From Lachnospiraceae bacterium (GTDB taxonomy: Bacteria > Bacillota > Clostridia > Lachnospirales > Lachnospiraceae), in the NCBI GenBank assembly GCA_023664345.1, contig JAMPFQ010000001.1, forward strand, positions 114,482 through 178,481: a stretch of 64,000 bases of DNA. The letters run 5' to 3'. A program made the translations under genes and the position numbers. This document shows, piece by piece, positions 20,848 to 30,606 of the stretch (position 1 is the stretch's first letter; the number at the start of each line of letters is the position of its first letter). The notes below the pieces were generated by a model that saw only the letters and a program-made list of their open reading frames with translations, was not told where the DNA came from and did not search any database.

Positions 20848-21185
20848 GTTTCTCCACAAGTTTTTCCATGGCAGATAACGACTCAAAATTCTCTGGAACT
20901 ATTTCCTCCGCTTCTAATACAATCTGAAATCCATCTTCTATGGCAGCAACTCTAATTCCATAAGGACAAAGCTGTCTATCATTCCATCCTTTCCAATCAA
21001 TCCTTCTTCAAATATCTCTTGGGCACCTTATATATAGTTCGTCCGCAACGTGCCTCTTTGCACAAATACTCCATCAAATCTGAACTGTCTCCAACAAGTT
21101 CCATTGTTATCTTATCTGTACTCAAATCCTGAATATAGCCTTTTCCTTTTAAGATACGATCAGCTTTATAGCATATTTTATCCAA
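20848..21185 (-). pseudogene. carrier protein (DltC/PCP-like) interrupted by a stop
   Basis: 20997-21185 encodes ...ELVGDSSDLMEYL (a GxDS phosphopantetheine-site-like motif) and then a stop. The downstream frame continues as ...VAAIEDGFQIVLEAEEIVPENFESLSAMEKLVEKH*. Confidence 0.4.
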
Positions 21186-21892
21186 CAGCCTTTTTGAGTT
21201 CTTATCTCCTTCGCTTCTTCATCATTTACTGTCAGTCTGTATTTGTAATGATTATACCAATCCCTGATAGGCCATTTATCTCCCATAATGTCTAGCGGCA
21301 TATGGTCCAAGTATTGTATGGCATCTATGAAACAAATACCCATAAATAATATCTTTGCATGATGTGAAACACAGAAATCCCATCCTGTCCTTTTTCCATG
21401 CGGGGTGTCAGATGTCATTTCGTGGCTGAACATCTCTTAAGCATATGGTCCCTGAGCCGCCAGTGTATTATAGGGAAATCGGGATTTGACCACAGCTTCT
21501 CGATGTAAAAACACACTGGGCAGTATATCCGTCCAGCACACATTGCTCTTAGACACTGTTCTAACACTTCTGTCTGGTAGTTCCTGTAGATTTTCCGGCG
21601 AAAATGTTGGAAATACAAGCGTCATCCCTCCGCCAAATGTATTTCGCAAAACTGCAAGCACTTCATCCGCTCTCATCGACAGGCGCTTAAGACCAACCAT
21701 AGAAGAATGGATAATCACAATATCTTCTGCACCAATACCAGTTTTCAAGTTGTTCCAGAAAACTCTCCCTGTTTTTTCAGCACATGAATCTGAATGTTCT
21801 ATTTCATTACGTGCCAAGCTTTTAGAATACTTTTTCAAAAAGTCCTTAAACTTCCTTGAATGTACCGCCATTCTTCTTAGAGTGATTTCCAC
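21149..21892 (-). pseudogene. second AAC(3)-family acyltransferase, frameshifted
   Basis: 21437-21892 carries EDIVIIHSSMVGL...GGGMTLVFPTFSPE, the AAC(3) core. The C-terminal part continues in another frame at 21149-21433. Confidence 0.55.
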
Positions 21893-22340
21893 CCCCCAAA
21901 TGAGTCAATACCCAACTTTCCGCTTTATACAACGTCTGAAAACTCCAATCTGGTATATTTATGTCCCATGCCACTTATATCATTATACTTCAGGAAAGGT
22001 CGTATAATCTATATGTCCAGCCATCCGATTTCTTAGCAGAGATAAAGTACACTAAAAGTTCATCATCCCCTAAATTTTCCGGGAAGTATACGTTTCCAAA
22101 CTGAAATAGCGCCATCGGCCAAAAATCCTTATTCAACAGGTTCAACATCAGTAGCAAAACAATGATTTCCTTTATGCATTCCTGCATATATGCATGGGCC
22201 CGGCATATCGTATAGTTTTAAAATCGTGCTATCACCGCATAACCGGATCAAATAGTTCTACATAGATGCTGCATCCGTCGCATAAAGCCCCCTATCTGTA
22301 CATGAAACTGCGCAGGTTCTATAATAGAGTGATTTACTGG

Positions 22341-22906
22341 CTATTGGGAAAACTTCTTTAAAGTCCGTGTCTGCACTCCAAATTCCACATCGCCTGTCGC
22401 TATGATATATCTGCCATTATAATCATCATATTTTATTCCACGAATATACCTAATCGTATTTTTCGGAAATTCATATACTTTCTTCCACACCCCCCGTTTC
22501 CCTTTCGTAAATTGCCACAGCTTCTCGATCAGGGTTGCCAAAGTACTCTCCATATAACACCTTTTCTATATGACCATTTTTATCCCGCCTTGCGCAAAAA
22601 CTCAAATGAGTTTTCGTTCCTTTCCTAAAACGGTGTTCTATCTTAAAGCTTTTCTCCAACACATTCAACAAATAGACATGTCCAACTCTCGCGATTAAAA
22701 AATGTTCATCGTCAATCACAGTAGCCCCTCTTGATTTCAAGCGCAACAACCGCTCTAAAAATCTTACAGATGGCAATCTCTCACCAAATCGATTAAAAAA
22801 ACCTTTCTCCAGATACATTCTCTCTGACCATCAAGATACCTTTATGATAAGAAAATATATAACGTCTGCTTTTACAAAGCACTTTTTCTTTAAGGTAAAC
22901 TTCCAT
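22341..22906 (-). pseudogene. hypothetical gene remnant in at least three frame-shifted pieces
   Basis: MKMEVYLKEK... (from about 22906), 22471-22818 and 22341-22553 overlap in different frames with continuous sense. No family could be assigned. Confidence 0.25.
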
Positions 22907-23039
22907 CTTCATATCCCGATATACCCTATCCTCAAATTTATCTTCTTCAACATACAGATTTATGAGCAATTACTTTTTGCATTATAGCACAGACTGAAAC
23001 ATTTGTATACTGCTGCATTATTTTTTCTTACAAAACCAT

Positions 23040-24695
23040 TCAGCGATTATTTCCGCTAACCTCCGCCATCTTCCCCCCTGTCATACAAAAGATAATCCCT
23101 GTCAACACTACCGTAATCTGTCCCGGTACGACAACCATCTCAAAAAAACCAAATCCTAAGATTGCTAACAAGAATGCAACACAAATCATTGCCTCCAACA
23201 TATTATCTTTCCCTGCTCGTAGCGTCTGAAAAAGCTTACCAAAGTATACCCCTATAAAAAGCAGGCCTACTAAAATGCCATAGTCATAAGCGATCTGAAG
23301 AAACATATTATGTGCATGTACCATATAACTTTCTTCTGTCAAAAAAAATCCCTGTTCTGCTCCGCTATGTCCTCTCCAATTTAAATGATTCCAATAATAG
23401 ACATAAATCACTTTCCTTGCTCCCATGGCGCTATGCAAATCAACCCCAGGTAAAGTAAATGGATTTTCTGGTGTATCTCCCGGTTCCCCTATCTCTTTTG
23501 CGTATGTCCTGATCCCCAATATACCGCTTACACTTTTTTTCCTCCATTCTTTCAGATCAATACCAATTGCAGATAATATACGCCCCAGAGATTCATCAAC
23601 TGCTTTTTCAAATGTAATATAACGCTTGCTGTCCCAAGGATCAAAAGATCTCACACTGCCATTTTCATAATATTCACCTTCAAACCAGATTGGATGGTGC
23701 AAAATTGTAGGCAGATATCGAATGCACCCATATACCACAGGAAATGTAATCACAACGCAAAGCAAAAACGACATACAATGCACTATTAATCGGTAGAAAC
23801 TTCTTCGATACACAATATCATACCAGACATAAATCACTATCGATGCAATCCCTGCTCCCATAATGGGCGCTCTACTCCCTGTATACACAGCAAAACTAAT
23901 ACATCCTGCCGACAGCAGAAAACAAGAATAAGATAAGGCTTTACTTTTTTTCCTCTCCCACAAAGATATCACTTTTAACATAAACGCACAATACACTATC
24001 ATATAAAACAAACCATTTTGCATTTCGCCGGAGTACAGCCCTCTATATCGGATTCGATCATATGGGCGAAACCCAAAAGCGATGATTTGTTGTACAAAAA
24101 ACCATAGGATTATCCCATTAAGCATTCCCTGAAAAAAGGCATCTCTATAACGATTCTGAACTCCAACTAAATAGAAAACTCCAAACACCACAATCAACCA
24201 TAATGAAACATTTCTTTCATGTGCCGAAAAAAGCATAAGCAGAAACATCACCACTGTCATAACAAAAAAAGGCTGTTTGATTTTCTCTTGAAGTTGCAAT
24301 CTCTTCCATTCCCGCACAATATAAATTGTCAGATACCCCCATATCACAACATTTAATACTCCGGTAATCCATTGTCCTTTATAGTTCCAATTCTGTAATC
24401 CCCAGATTCCCACAACAATGCCAATCAGCCCAAGCACAATTGCCCCGTACAGATATATCTTGTCTTTAAACTTCTCTTTGTCCAATGACGGGACAATCAT
24501 TCCAGCCATGACTACGCCTGTCAGATTCGCCGCCGCCATCTGTACTTCTCCAGAGGCGCTCCCTCGCCGTTGGTCGATGATACCAAGCGCCAAAAAACAC
24601 ATAGCATACCATGTTTTAATCCAATTGACCTTCTTGAGCATTTTGCTTATCATACACTTCCCTCGCTGACACAATATTTCCCTATCAAATATCAA
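23040..24695 (-). CDS. O-antigen ligase/polymerase-family membrane protein (Wzy_C-like)
   Basis: It is a polytopic membrane protein. The YTGSRAPIMGAGIASIVIY segment resembles the Wzy_C/O-antigen ligase loop region. The real start is probably an internal Met near 24650. Confidence 0.5.
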   Translation of the reverse strand: MIFDREILCQRGKCMISKMLKKVNWIKTWYAMCFLALGIIDQRRGSASGEVQMAAANLTGVVMAGMIVPSLDKEKFKDKIYLYGAIVLGLIGIVVGIWGLQNWNYKGQWITGVLNVVIWGYLTIYIVREWKRLQLQEKIKQPFFVMTVVMFLLMLFSAHERNVSLWLIVVFGVFYLVGVQNRYRDAFFQGMLNGIILWFFVQQIIAFGFRPYDRIRYRGLYSGEMQNGLFYMIVYCAFMLKVISLWERKKSKALSYSCFLLSAGCISFAVYTGSRAPIMGAGIASIVIYVWYDIVYRRSFYRLIVHCMSFLLCVVITFPVVYGCIRYLPTILHHPIWFEGEYYENGSVRSFDPWDSKRYITFEKAVDESLGRILSAIGIDLKEWRKKSVSGILGIRTYAKEIGEPGDTPENPFTLPGVDLHSAMGARKVIYVYYWNHLNWRGHSGAEQGFFLTEESYMVHAHNMFLQIAYDYGILVGLLFIGVYFGKLFQTLRAGKDNMLEAMICVAFLLAILGFGFFEMVVVPGQITVVLTGIIFCMTGGKMAEVSGNNR

Positions 24696-24707
24696 TAGGC
24701 AAAACCT

Positions 24708-25925
24708 CTATCTTTTCATATGGCGCATTATGACATCATAACATATCTGGACTGTACAATGTTCCTCTAAATATTTCCGCCCATTTTCCCCCATTGTTTT
24801 TCTTGTTTTCTGGTCCTTTAACATTTCCATATGTTTAAAAAACGCTTTCGCATTACCATTGCGACACCACATACCCATATGGTTTTCCTCAAAAATCCTC
24901 TTTATATCAGTACTCTCATCCGTTGCTGCAAGCATTGGCACTGACGCCTGCATATACGATAGCATCCGCGAGGGTATATTGGGAACCGTAAAACGGCCAT
25001 CCAAAAAAACCAATCCTACATCACTGATATTGACAATTTCCTCATATTCTTCTTTCGGTAAATAGTTCATCAGTTTTACTTTTCCCGTATCCATACGATC
25101 GATACACGTTTTCATCCGCTGATATTCAGTTCCATTTCCCACAATCAAAAAAAAGCAATCTGATTCTTCGCATTCATCTATCACCTGTAGCAAAAAATCC
25201 ACTCCCTGCGGACGTCCTAAATTCCCTCCATACAAAAAAATCAATTTGCCTGTTGGAATATCATATCTTTTTTTAATTACTTCTTTTTTTGCATCAGATA
25301 TTCGAACATTTGGCATCGGTTCAATCGCATTAGGGCATATCTCCACCTTATCACTTTTTAATCCAGGATTGTGTTTTAACAAAAATTTTACATTATTTTC
25401 CGACATGCAGCCAATATAATCCGAATCCCTATATAGTTTCTCTTCCTTGTTTCGAAAATATCTGTACAGTATTCCTCTGATTCCATTTTTGTGAAGCATA
25501 CACATGTCTACCGCATTTTGAGGGAAAATATCCTTTAGCATCAAATATGTAACCGCATTATCTTTTCTTTTTACATATTCCACAGCTTTTTGTAAAGTAA
25601 TTGGCGGTGTAGAATACAACACAAGGTCAAACCTAACTTCCGTAAAAAACTTTTTTATACCAGAAATAAACCTATGTTCTAAGGTAATCGTAGATATCCC
25701 TTTTTCAATAATGTTAATTTTTTGTGTATTTCCTATTTTTAATTTTAAAATGCTCAGCCTATCATTAACCTTAAGACAGTATGTGTCAATATTTCTTCTT
25801 CTTTCCACGGGAGAAATCACATAAACCCCATGGCCCTCATTATAAAACTTTCTCAATAGATCTGTATATATATTATGTTCATCTATATTGTCAAAATCAA
25901 GCAATGTCATAAACAAAATATTCAT
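24708..25925 (-). CDS. GT4-family (GT-B fold) glycosyltransferase
   Basis: Its length (405 aa) fits. The C-terminal E-x7-E-like region (...FLYGGNLGRPQGVDFLL...GNG...) is typical of group-1 glycosyltransferases. Confidence 0.65.
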   Translation of the reverse strand: MNILFMTLLDFDNIDEHNIYTDLLRKFYNEGHGVYVISPVERRRNIDTYCLKVNDRLSILKLKIGNTQKINIIEKGISTITLEHRFISGIKKFFTEVRFDLVLYSTPPITLQKAVEYVKRKDNAVTYLMLKDIFPQNAVDMCMLHKNGIRGILYRYFRNKEEKLYRDSDYIGCMSENNVKFLLKHNPGLKSDKVEICPNAIEPMPNVRISDAKKEVIKKRYDIPTGKLIFLYGGNLGRPQGVDFLLQVIDECEESDCFFLIVGNGTEYQRMKTCIDRMDTGKVKLMNYLPKEEYEEIVNISDVGLVFLDGRFTVPNIPSRMLSYMQASVPMLAATDESTDIKRIFEENHMGMWCRNGNAKAFFKHMEMLKDQKTRKTMGENGRKYLEEHCTVQICYDVIMRHMKR

Positions 25926-25942
25926 TTTTATGCTCCATTCTC

Positions 25943-26611
25943 TTATCGCTCTATTCTTCTTAATAAGCAGAACGCTTCTGCCGCACAGACTCCCACGGTA
26001 GACCCTCTCAGTTTTGCCAACGCATCCAATGCCTCAATAGACCTTGGATGTGGAAACATCTTAACCTGCGAGCGATAGCAAGACATTGCTTCCCGTTTCT
26101 GCCCTACCTGCTTTGAGATATCAATATACGTATTTGGTATGAACGCATTTGCCGCGTGAGGCACATTCCACTCCGATTCTGACAGGGTTTCATAAGCATA
26201 TACTTCTTTAACGGTGCATTCATTTATTGGTCTTACAGCCACCATCGCGGCTTGAGCAACCAACATATGATCATAATGCATATCTCCAAAATGGGGGATA
26301 AATACAATGTCTGGCCGCACTTTTGTAATCACCTCGCATAATTTCCCGTTTATCTCATATCGCGGGACTTGGCTTAACAACACCGCCGGGAATTCAAGAA
26401 ATATGCTCTCATGAACACCTAACAATTTGTGTGCTTCCAATGCTTCATGCCTAACTGCAGCAATCGCATCCGAGGAAAACATAGGAGTTTGCCCCACTGT
26501 AACTATACAAACATCTACCTGATTTCCTTCTTCCACATATTTTGCAATGGTACCGCCAACCCCCAAGATCTCATCATCAGCATGTGGTGCAATAACTAAC
26601 ACTCTCATCAA
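25943..26611 (-). CDS. PIG-L/LmbE-family N-acetyl-sugar deacetylase
   Basis: VLVIAPHADDEILGVGGT and a downstream HxxH (HYDH) match the LmbE-like zinc deacetylase signature. Confidence 0.7.
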   Translation of the reverse strand: MMRVLVIAPHADDEILGVGGTIAKYVEEGNQVDVCIVTVGQTPMFSSDAIAAVRHEALEAHKLLGVHESIFLEFPAVLLSQVPRYEINGKLCEVITKVRPDIVFIPHFGDMHYDHMLVAQAAMVAVRPINECTVKEVYAYETLSESEWNVPHAANAFIPNTYIDISKQVGQKREAMSCYRSQVKMFPHPRSIEALDALAKLRGSTVGVCAAEAFCLLRRIER

Positions 26612-26619
26612 TCTTTCCT

Positions 26620-27519
26620 CTACAAAAATTTGTGACCAATAATCAATCTCTTTCCATCATATTCATAATCGCTGATTACCAAAATACCTTCAGCAGTAAT
26701 CACACCAATCTCATTATTTTCATTGATCCATGCAATCTGTCCTGGCAAACCAATATACTGCTTGTTCTCCATAGGATACGCACGCCAAATAATAAATTTT
26801 ATCTCATTATAGCTTGTAAACGCTCCCGGATATGGGTGACTCGCTGCTCTCACTAATTTCGCAATATCATACGCGGATCTCATCCAATCAATTTTGCCAT
26901 CCTCAGGTCGCCTAATCAACAAATATGTTGCCTGCTCCTCATTTTGCGGGATAAAGTTGACCGAATCATTGTATATATCTGGCAGGCACTGAATCAATCC
27001 CAAATGAATTGCCTGACACACTTTATCATATACATCTGTCACATAATCGACATCTTCAATCATATATGGATATTGACAAATAATATCTCCTGAATCCATT
27101 CCCTCATCCAGCTTAAAAAACGAAACCTTAAGTTCTTTTTCCCCAAGCAAAATCATCCACGGAAGCGCTGCCCTTCCTCGATATTTAGGCAATGGCGTCG
27201 GATGAAAACCAATAACATATTCTTTCGCCAAATTCAAGATTTCGGAAGAAAGGATTTGCGAAAGTCCAATCACAAAAATAAAATCAGGATCAACTTTCCG
27301 CATACGGTCTACAACTTCATCTGCATTTATCTTTTTAAATTTGAGATATGGCAACCGATTCTTCTCTGCAATTAGATGAAGCGGAAAATAATCTGACACA
27401 TTAGCCGAAGCTTCCTCGTCTAACGAACACACCAAGTCAATCTTTATTCCCTGATCAATCATTGTTTCCAAAGCTATCTTACTCGAAATAACAGAACCTA
27501 TAAAAATAGTATTTTTCAT
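26620..27519 (-). CDS. formyltransferase-family protein (second paralog)
   Basis: GFHPTPLPKYRGRAALPWMILLGEKELKVSFFKLDEGMDSGDII matches the formyl_trans_N catalytic core. Confidence 0.7.
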   Translation of the reverse strand: MKNTIFIGSVISSKIALETMIDQGIKIDLVCSLDEEASANVSDYFPLHLIAEKNRLPYLKFKKINADEVVDRMRKVDPDFIFVIGLSQILSSEILNLAKEYVIGFHPTPLPKYRGRAALPWMILLGEKELKVSFFKLDEGMDSGDIICQYPYMIEDVDYVTDVYDKVCQAIHLGLIQCLPDIYNDSVNFIPQNEEQATYLLIRRPEDGKIDWMRSAYDIAKLVRAASHPYPGAFTSYNEIKFIIWRAYPMENKQYIGLPGQIAWINENNEIGVITAEGILVISDYEYDGKRLIIGHKFL

Positions 27520-28133
27520 TTTTCAACTCCTGCCTTATTGACAAATTTATCTTCTCCAAACATTACTATTGCCACAGTTTTGAATATAATCCTTATATCA
27601 AGCCACAAACTGACCCTCTCTACATACTCAACGTCATATCGACTTTTCTCTGTTCTTTCCAGGTATATGTTCCCATTTACCTGCGCAAGTCCTGTTAATC
27701 CTGGCTTAAGCTCGAATCGCTTTTTTTCCCATTCTTCATATTGATCAAGATATTCCGGCAAAGTAGGCCTGGGACCCACAATAGACATATCACCTTTTAA
27801 TATGTTAAGTAATTGCGCCAATTCATCAATCTTAAATCTTCGTAAGGATTTTCCTAATGGAGTAATTCTGGCATCATCTTTCATTACCTCAACACCAACT
27901 TTTTGAAAACGGTCTGCACCAGTTTTCATTGTCCTAAACTTGTACACTTTAAATATTTTTTGGTTCTTTCCAGGCCTTTCCTGCGTATAAAAAATCTTTC
28001 CTGAAGAATCCAACTTTATAAGCAACGCAACTATGACCAAAAATGGGAACAGCAATATAATCGCAAACAACGACAGAATAAAGTCCAATATTCTTTTTAT
28101 ATATCGTCTATAAATCTTTTGAGATTCTTTCAA
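27516..28133 (-). CDS. monotopic initiating phosphoglycosyltransferase (PglC/WecA-independent 'bacterial sugar transferase' family)
   Basis: It has a single N-terminal re-entrant helix, then KFRTM, IVGPRP and PGLTG motifs. At 205 aa it is PglC-sized. Confidence 0.8.
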   Translation of the reverse strand: MKESQKIYRRYIKRILDFILSLFAIILLFPFLVIVALLIKLDSSGKIFYTQERPGKNQKIFKVYKFRTMKTGADRFQKVGVEVMKDDARITPLGKSLRRFKIDELAQLLNILKGDMSIVGPRPTLPEYLDQYEEWEKKRFELKPGLTGLAQVNGNIYLERTEKSRYDVEYVERVSLWLDIRIIFKTVAIVMFGEDKFVNKAGVEK

Positions 28134-28163
28134 TATAGTTCCCTCACTATCATTATTCTGGAT

Positions 28164-28814
28164 CTACATTTGTCTATATTTTACAGGTTTCGCAGGCATC
28201 CCAACCGCAGTGCATCCACTTGGCAGGTCTTTGGTTACCACCGCACCCGCTCCAACAACTGTCCCGCATCCGATCTTTCTTCCCTGAATGATCTGCGTCC
28301 CTGTGCCCAACTCCACACACTCTTCCACAGTAACACAACCTGACACATTGACACTGGGATAAATTGTCACAAAGTCTCCAATCATTGCATCATGCCCCAC
28401 CGTACAATCCAAATTAATAATCACATGGCATCCTATGGAAATATCCACCGTTAATATCGTCCCTGCGCAAATAATGCTTCCCTCTCCAATCCTGATTGCA
28501 GAAGATAACGTAACGCTGGGATCAATCAGTGTTGCAAATTTAACATTCCTGTATCCTTCAATTTTACGTATAACCTTTTTTCTGACTTCCGCTGCACCTA
28601 TGGCACATACCACCCATACTTCCTCTTCACATCGTGCCAAAAGACTACAGTCCCCGATCACCGGATACTTAGTTTCCTGCTTGCTCTGTTTTTCTTCGTC
28701 GTCATCTATAAATCCTGCCAACTCCCATACAGGAATCACACTATTGATCCGTTCTATCAGCCAGGCTACTTCTTTCCCAAAGCCGCCCGCACCTACAATA
28801 TATATTTTCCTCAT
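28164..28814 (-). CDS. PglD/NeuD-family amino-sugar N-acetyltransferase
   Basis: IYIVGAGGFGKEV is followed by hexapeptide repeats. At 216 aa it is PglD-like. Confidence 0.7.
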   Translation of the reverse strand: MRKIYIVGAGGFGKEVAWLIERINSVIPVWELAGFIDDDEEKQSKQETKYPVIGDCSLLARCEEEVWVVCAIGAAEVRKKVIRKIEGYRNVKFATLIDPSVTLSSAIRIGEGSIICAGTILTVDISIGCHVIINLDCTVGHDAMIGDFVTIYPSVNVSGCVTVEECVELGTGTQIIQGRKIGCGTVVGAGAVVTKDLPSGCTAVGMPAKPVKYRQM

Positions 28815-28823
28815 AACTTCCTC

Positions 28824-30521
28824 CTATGCCGCATATCCTGTAAGAAGTTCTAAGGAAATTTTTTTTATCCCATTGGATTCAAAGGGAGTTGTTACCCCCC
28901 CCCCAAGCGCATACAATCCTTCTGGATTTTGAAACCAAATCGTGCCCATCCCTAATGCTTCTGGCGCCGTAAAATCCTTTGCAGCATTATCCCCCACATA
29001 CACCATTTCCGAGTATGCGCACTGCATCCTCCCTCGCATTATCTCAAACGCAATCGGACAGGGTTTCCTAAAATCAGTCGGATCTGTGTTCCCTGCCAAC
29101 TCATCTGTAATAATTATTTCAAAATCATAAGCATCCAATCCCAACTGCTGAATTTTAGCCCTCTGCCCTTCTGGTCTTCCGTCTGTTATAATCCCCAATT
29201 TCACTCTTTTCTCACTCAATATATCCAACAGCTTTTCTGCTTCATCATATAAAACAATCTGTGGAGTATGCACCCTATATATTCTCAAGCACTCGCTCCT
29301 TTTTTCTTCTGTATAAATACCTGCATTATGCAATACTTCATCAATCGCATTTTTACCAGCTTCAAAGGCCGCCCACAACTGCCTTTCTGCATCCGGTATC
29401 TCAGGAAGCTGGTCAGCCACCGCCTTATAACCACTTTTAACATATTGTTTCTCAGAATATAGCGTGTCATCCAGATCAAATATGACCGCCTTGTATCGCA
29501 TGCATATATCCAGAGCCTGTGGAAGACTATTGATCACTGTTCTATTTTTTATCTTTTTAGGAAAAACGCATATACTCTGATCAAATCGACTATATATTGT
29601 TCCTTCTTCTGCTGCGTCCTCCCGATACTGACATTCAGCACCCATGCATAATTGTATCAATGCTTCTGCGGAATCCGCACCAGCTTTCATTGATAAAGGA
29701 GCTCCGCCACCAAATCGCGGATTGATCTCAATATAATAATTTTCATTAGTCTCACTATGTTTGATAAGCTGAACGGTAATAGGTCCACACGGCTTAAATT
29801 TATCTATTATGCTAAGACTTTCTTCTACTATTCTTTCGTCCTTTATTATGCAGGTTTTTAAAACCTCGCCACTTCTCACCGCCATGCGCTCTCTTGGGGT
29901 AACATAGATTGGCCTCCCCTGAAAATCGCAGAAAATATCTACTGTATACTCCCTCCCATTGATAAAAGGTTGAATAATGTAATCCTTGATCTGCTTTGCA
30001 TAAGCTGTCAGTTCTTCCAAATCATTAACGCGATATGCGTTAATACTGGAACTTCCATCTTTTGGTTTTATAAAACAAGGGTATTCCCCCTGATAGTTTT
30101 CAATATCATCTACGGGATAAGGTGTCCTTAAACCACACTCCCTAAAAAAGTCTGCCGTATATCTTTTGTCTCGGCACAAAGCAATCTTATCTTCGTCACT
30201 TATCAGCACTCTAGTCCCTATTGATTGAAATTGTTCTCTGTTTTCAGACAAAATCAGCAAATCCGTATCAATAGTTGGTATTAACAGGTCAATCCCTTCC
30301 TGTTCACATATTGTCAGCAGCATTGGGATATAATTTGTATCCGATATTGCGCACACCTTAACAGCCTTATCACAAAAAAACAAGGCTGGTGCAGTTTCCG
30401 TTATGTCTACCCCCACGATTACTGCTCTCTTTCCTAGCTTTTCCGCTGCGTTTCTAAAACATTGTATCAGTTCTACGCGCCTTCCAACGCTTGTAAATAG
30501 TATTTTAACTGTATCGTTCAT
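28824..30521 (-). CDS. ATP-grasp ligase fused to a C-terminal HAD-family hydrolase
   Basis: The N-terminal roughly 330 aa has ATP-grasp hallmarks (YPCFIKPKDGSSS ... EINPRFGGG). The C-terminus has HAD motifs I and IV (VIFDLDDTLY ... YVGDNAAKD). Confidence 0.65.
   Translation of the reverse strand: MNDTVKILFTSVGRRVELIQCFRNAAEKLGKRAVIVGVDITETAPALFFCDKAVKVCAISDTNYIPMLLTICEQEGIDLLIPTIDTDLLILSENREQFQSIGTRVLISDEDKIALCRDKRYTADFFRECGLRTPYPVDDIENYQGEYPCFIKPKDGSSSINAYRVNDLEELTAYAKQIKDYIIQPFINGREYTVDIFCDFQGRPIYVTPRERMAVRSGEVLKTCIIKDERIVEESLSIIDKFKPCGPITVQLIKHSETNENYYIEINPRFGGGAPLSMKAGADSAEALIQLCMGAECQYREDAAEEGTIYSRFDQSICVFPKKIKNRTVINSLPQALDICMRYKAVIFDLDDTLYSEKQYVKSGYKAVADQLPEIPDAERQLWAAFEAGKNAIDEVLHNAGIYTEEKRSECLRIYRVHTPQIVLYDEAEKLLDILSEKRVKLGIITDGRPEGQRAKIQQLGLDAYDFEIIITDELAGNTDPTDFRKPCPIAFEIMRGRMQCAYSEMVYVGDNAAKDFTAPEALGMGTIWFQNPEGLYALGGGVTTPFESNGIKKISLELLTGYAA
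28895..28904. repeat. second C10/G10 homopolymeric tract, inside the 3' end of the ATP-grasp-HAD gene
   Basis: Ten consecutive C on the plus strand, which encode GGGV in ...YALGGGVTTPFESNG... about 25 codons before the stop. Confidence 0.9.
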
Positions 30522-30606
30522 ACTTTCACTACTTTCGTTTTACTTTTTGTCCAAATCACCCGATCTGCCATAACTAAATGCTCTCTTTTTACTTGCATAA
30601 ACACTT

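Noticed and set aside
22900-23040. TTGCAT-N19-TATACT promoter-like sequence on the plus strand
   Set aside because: All nearby genes are on the minus strand and no plus-strand gene follows it, so it is probably a chance match in AT-rich DNA.
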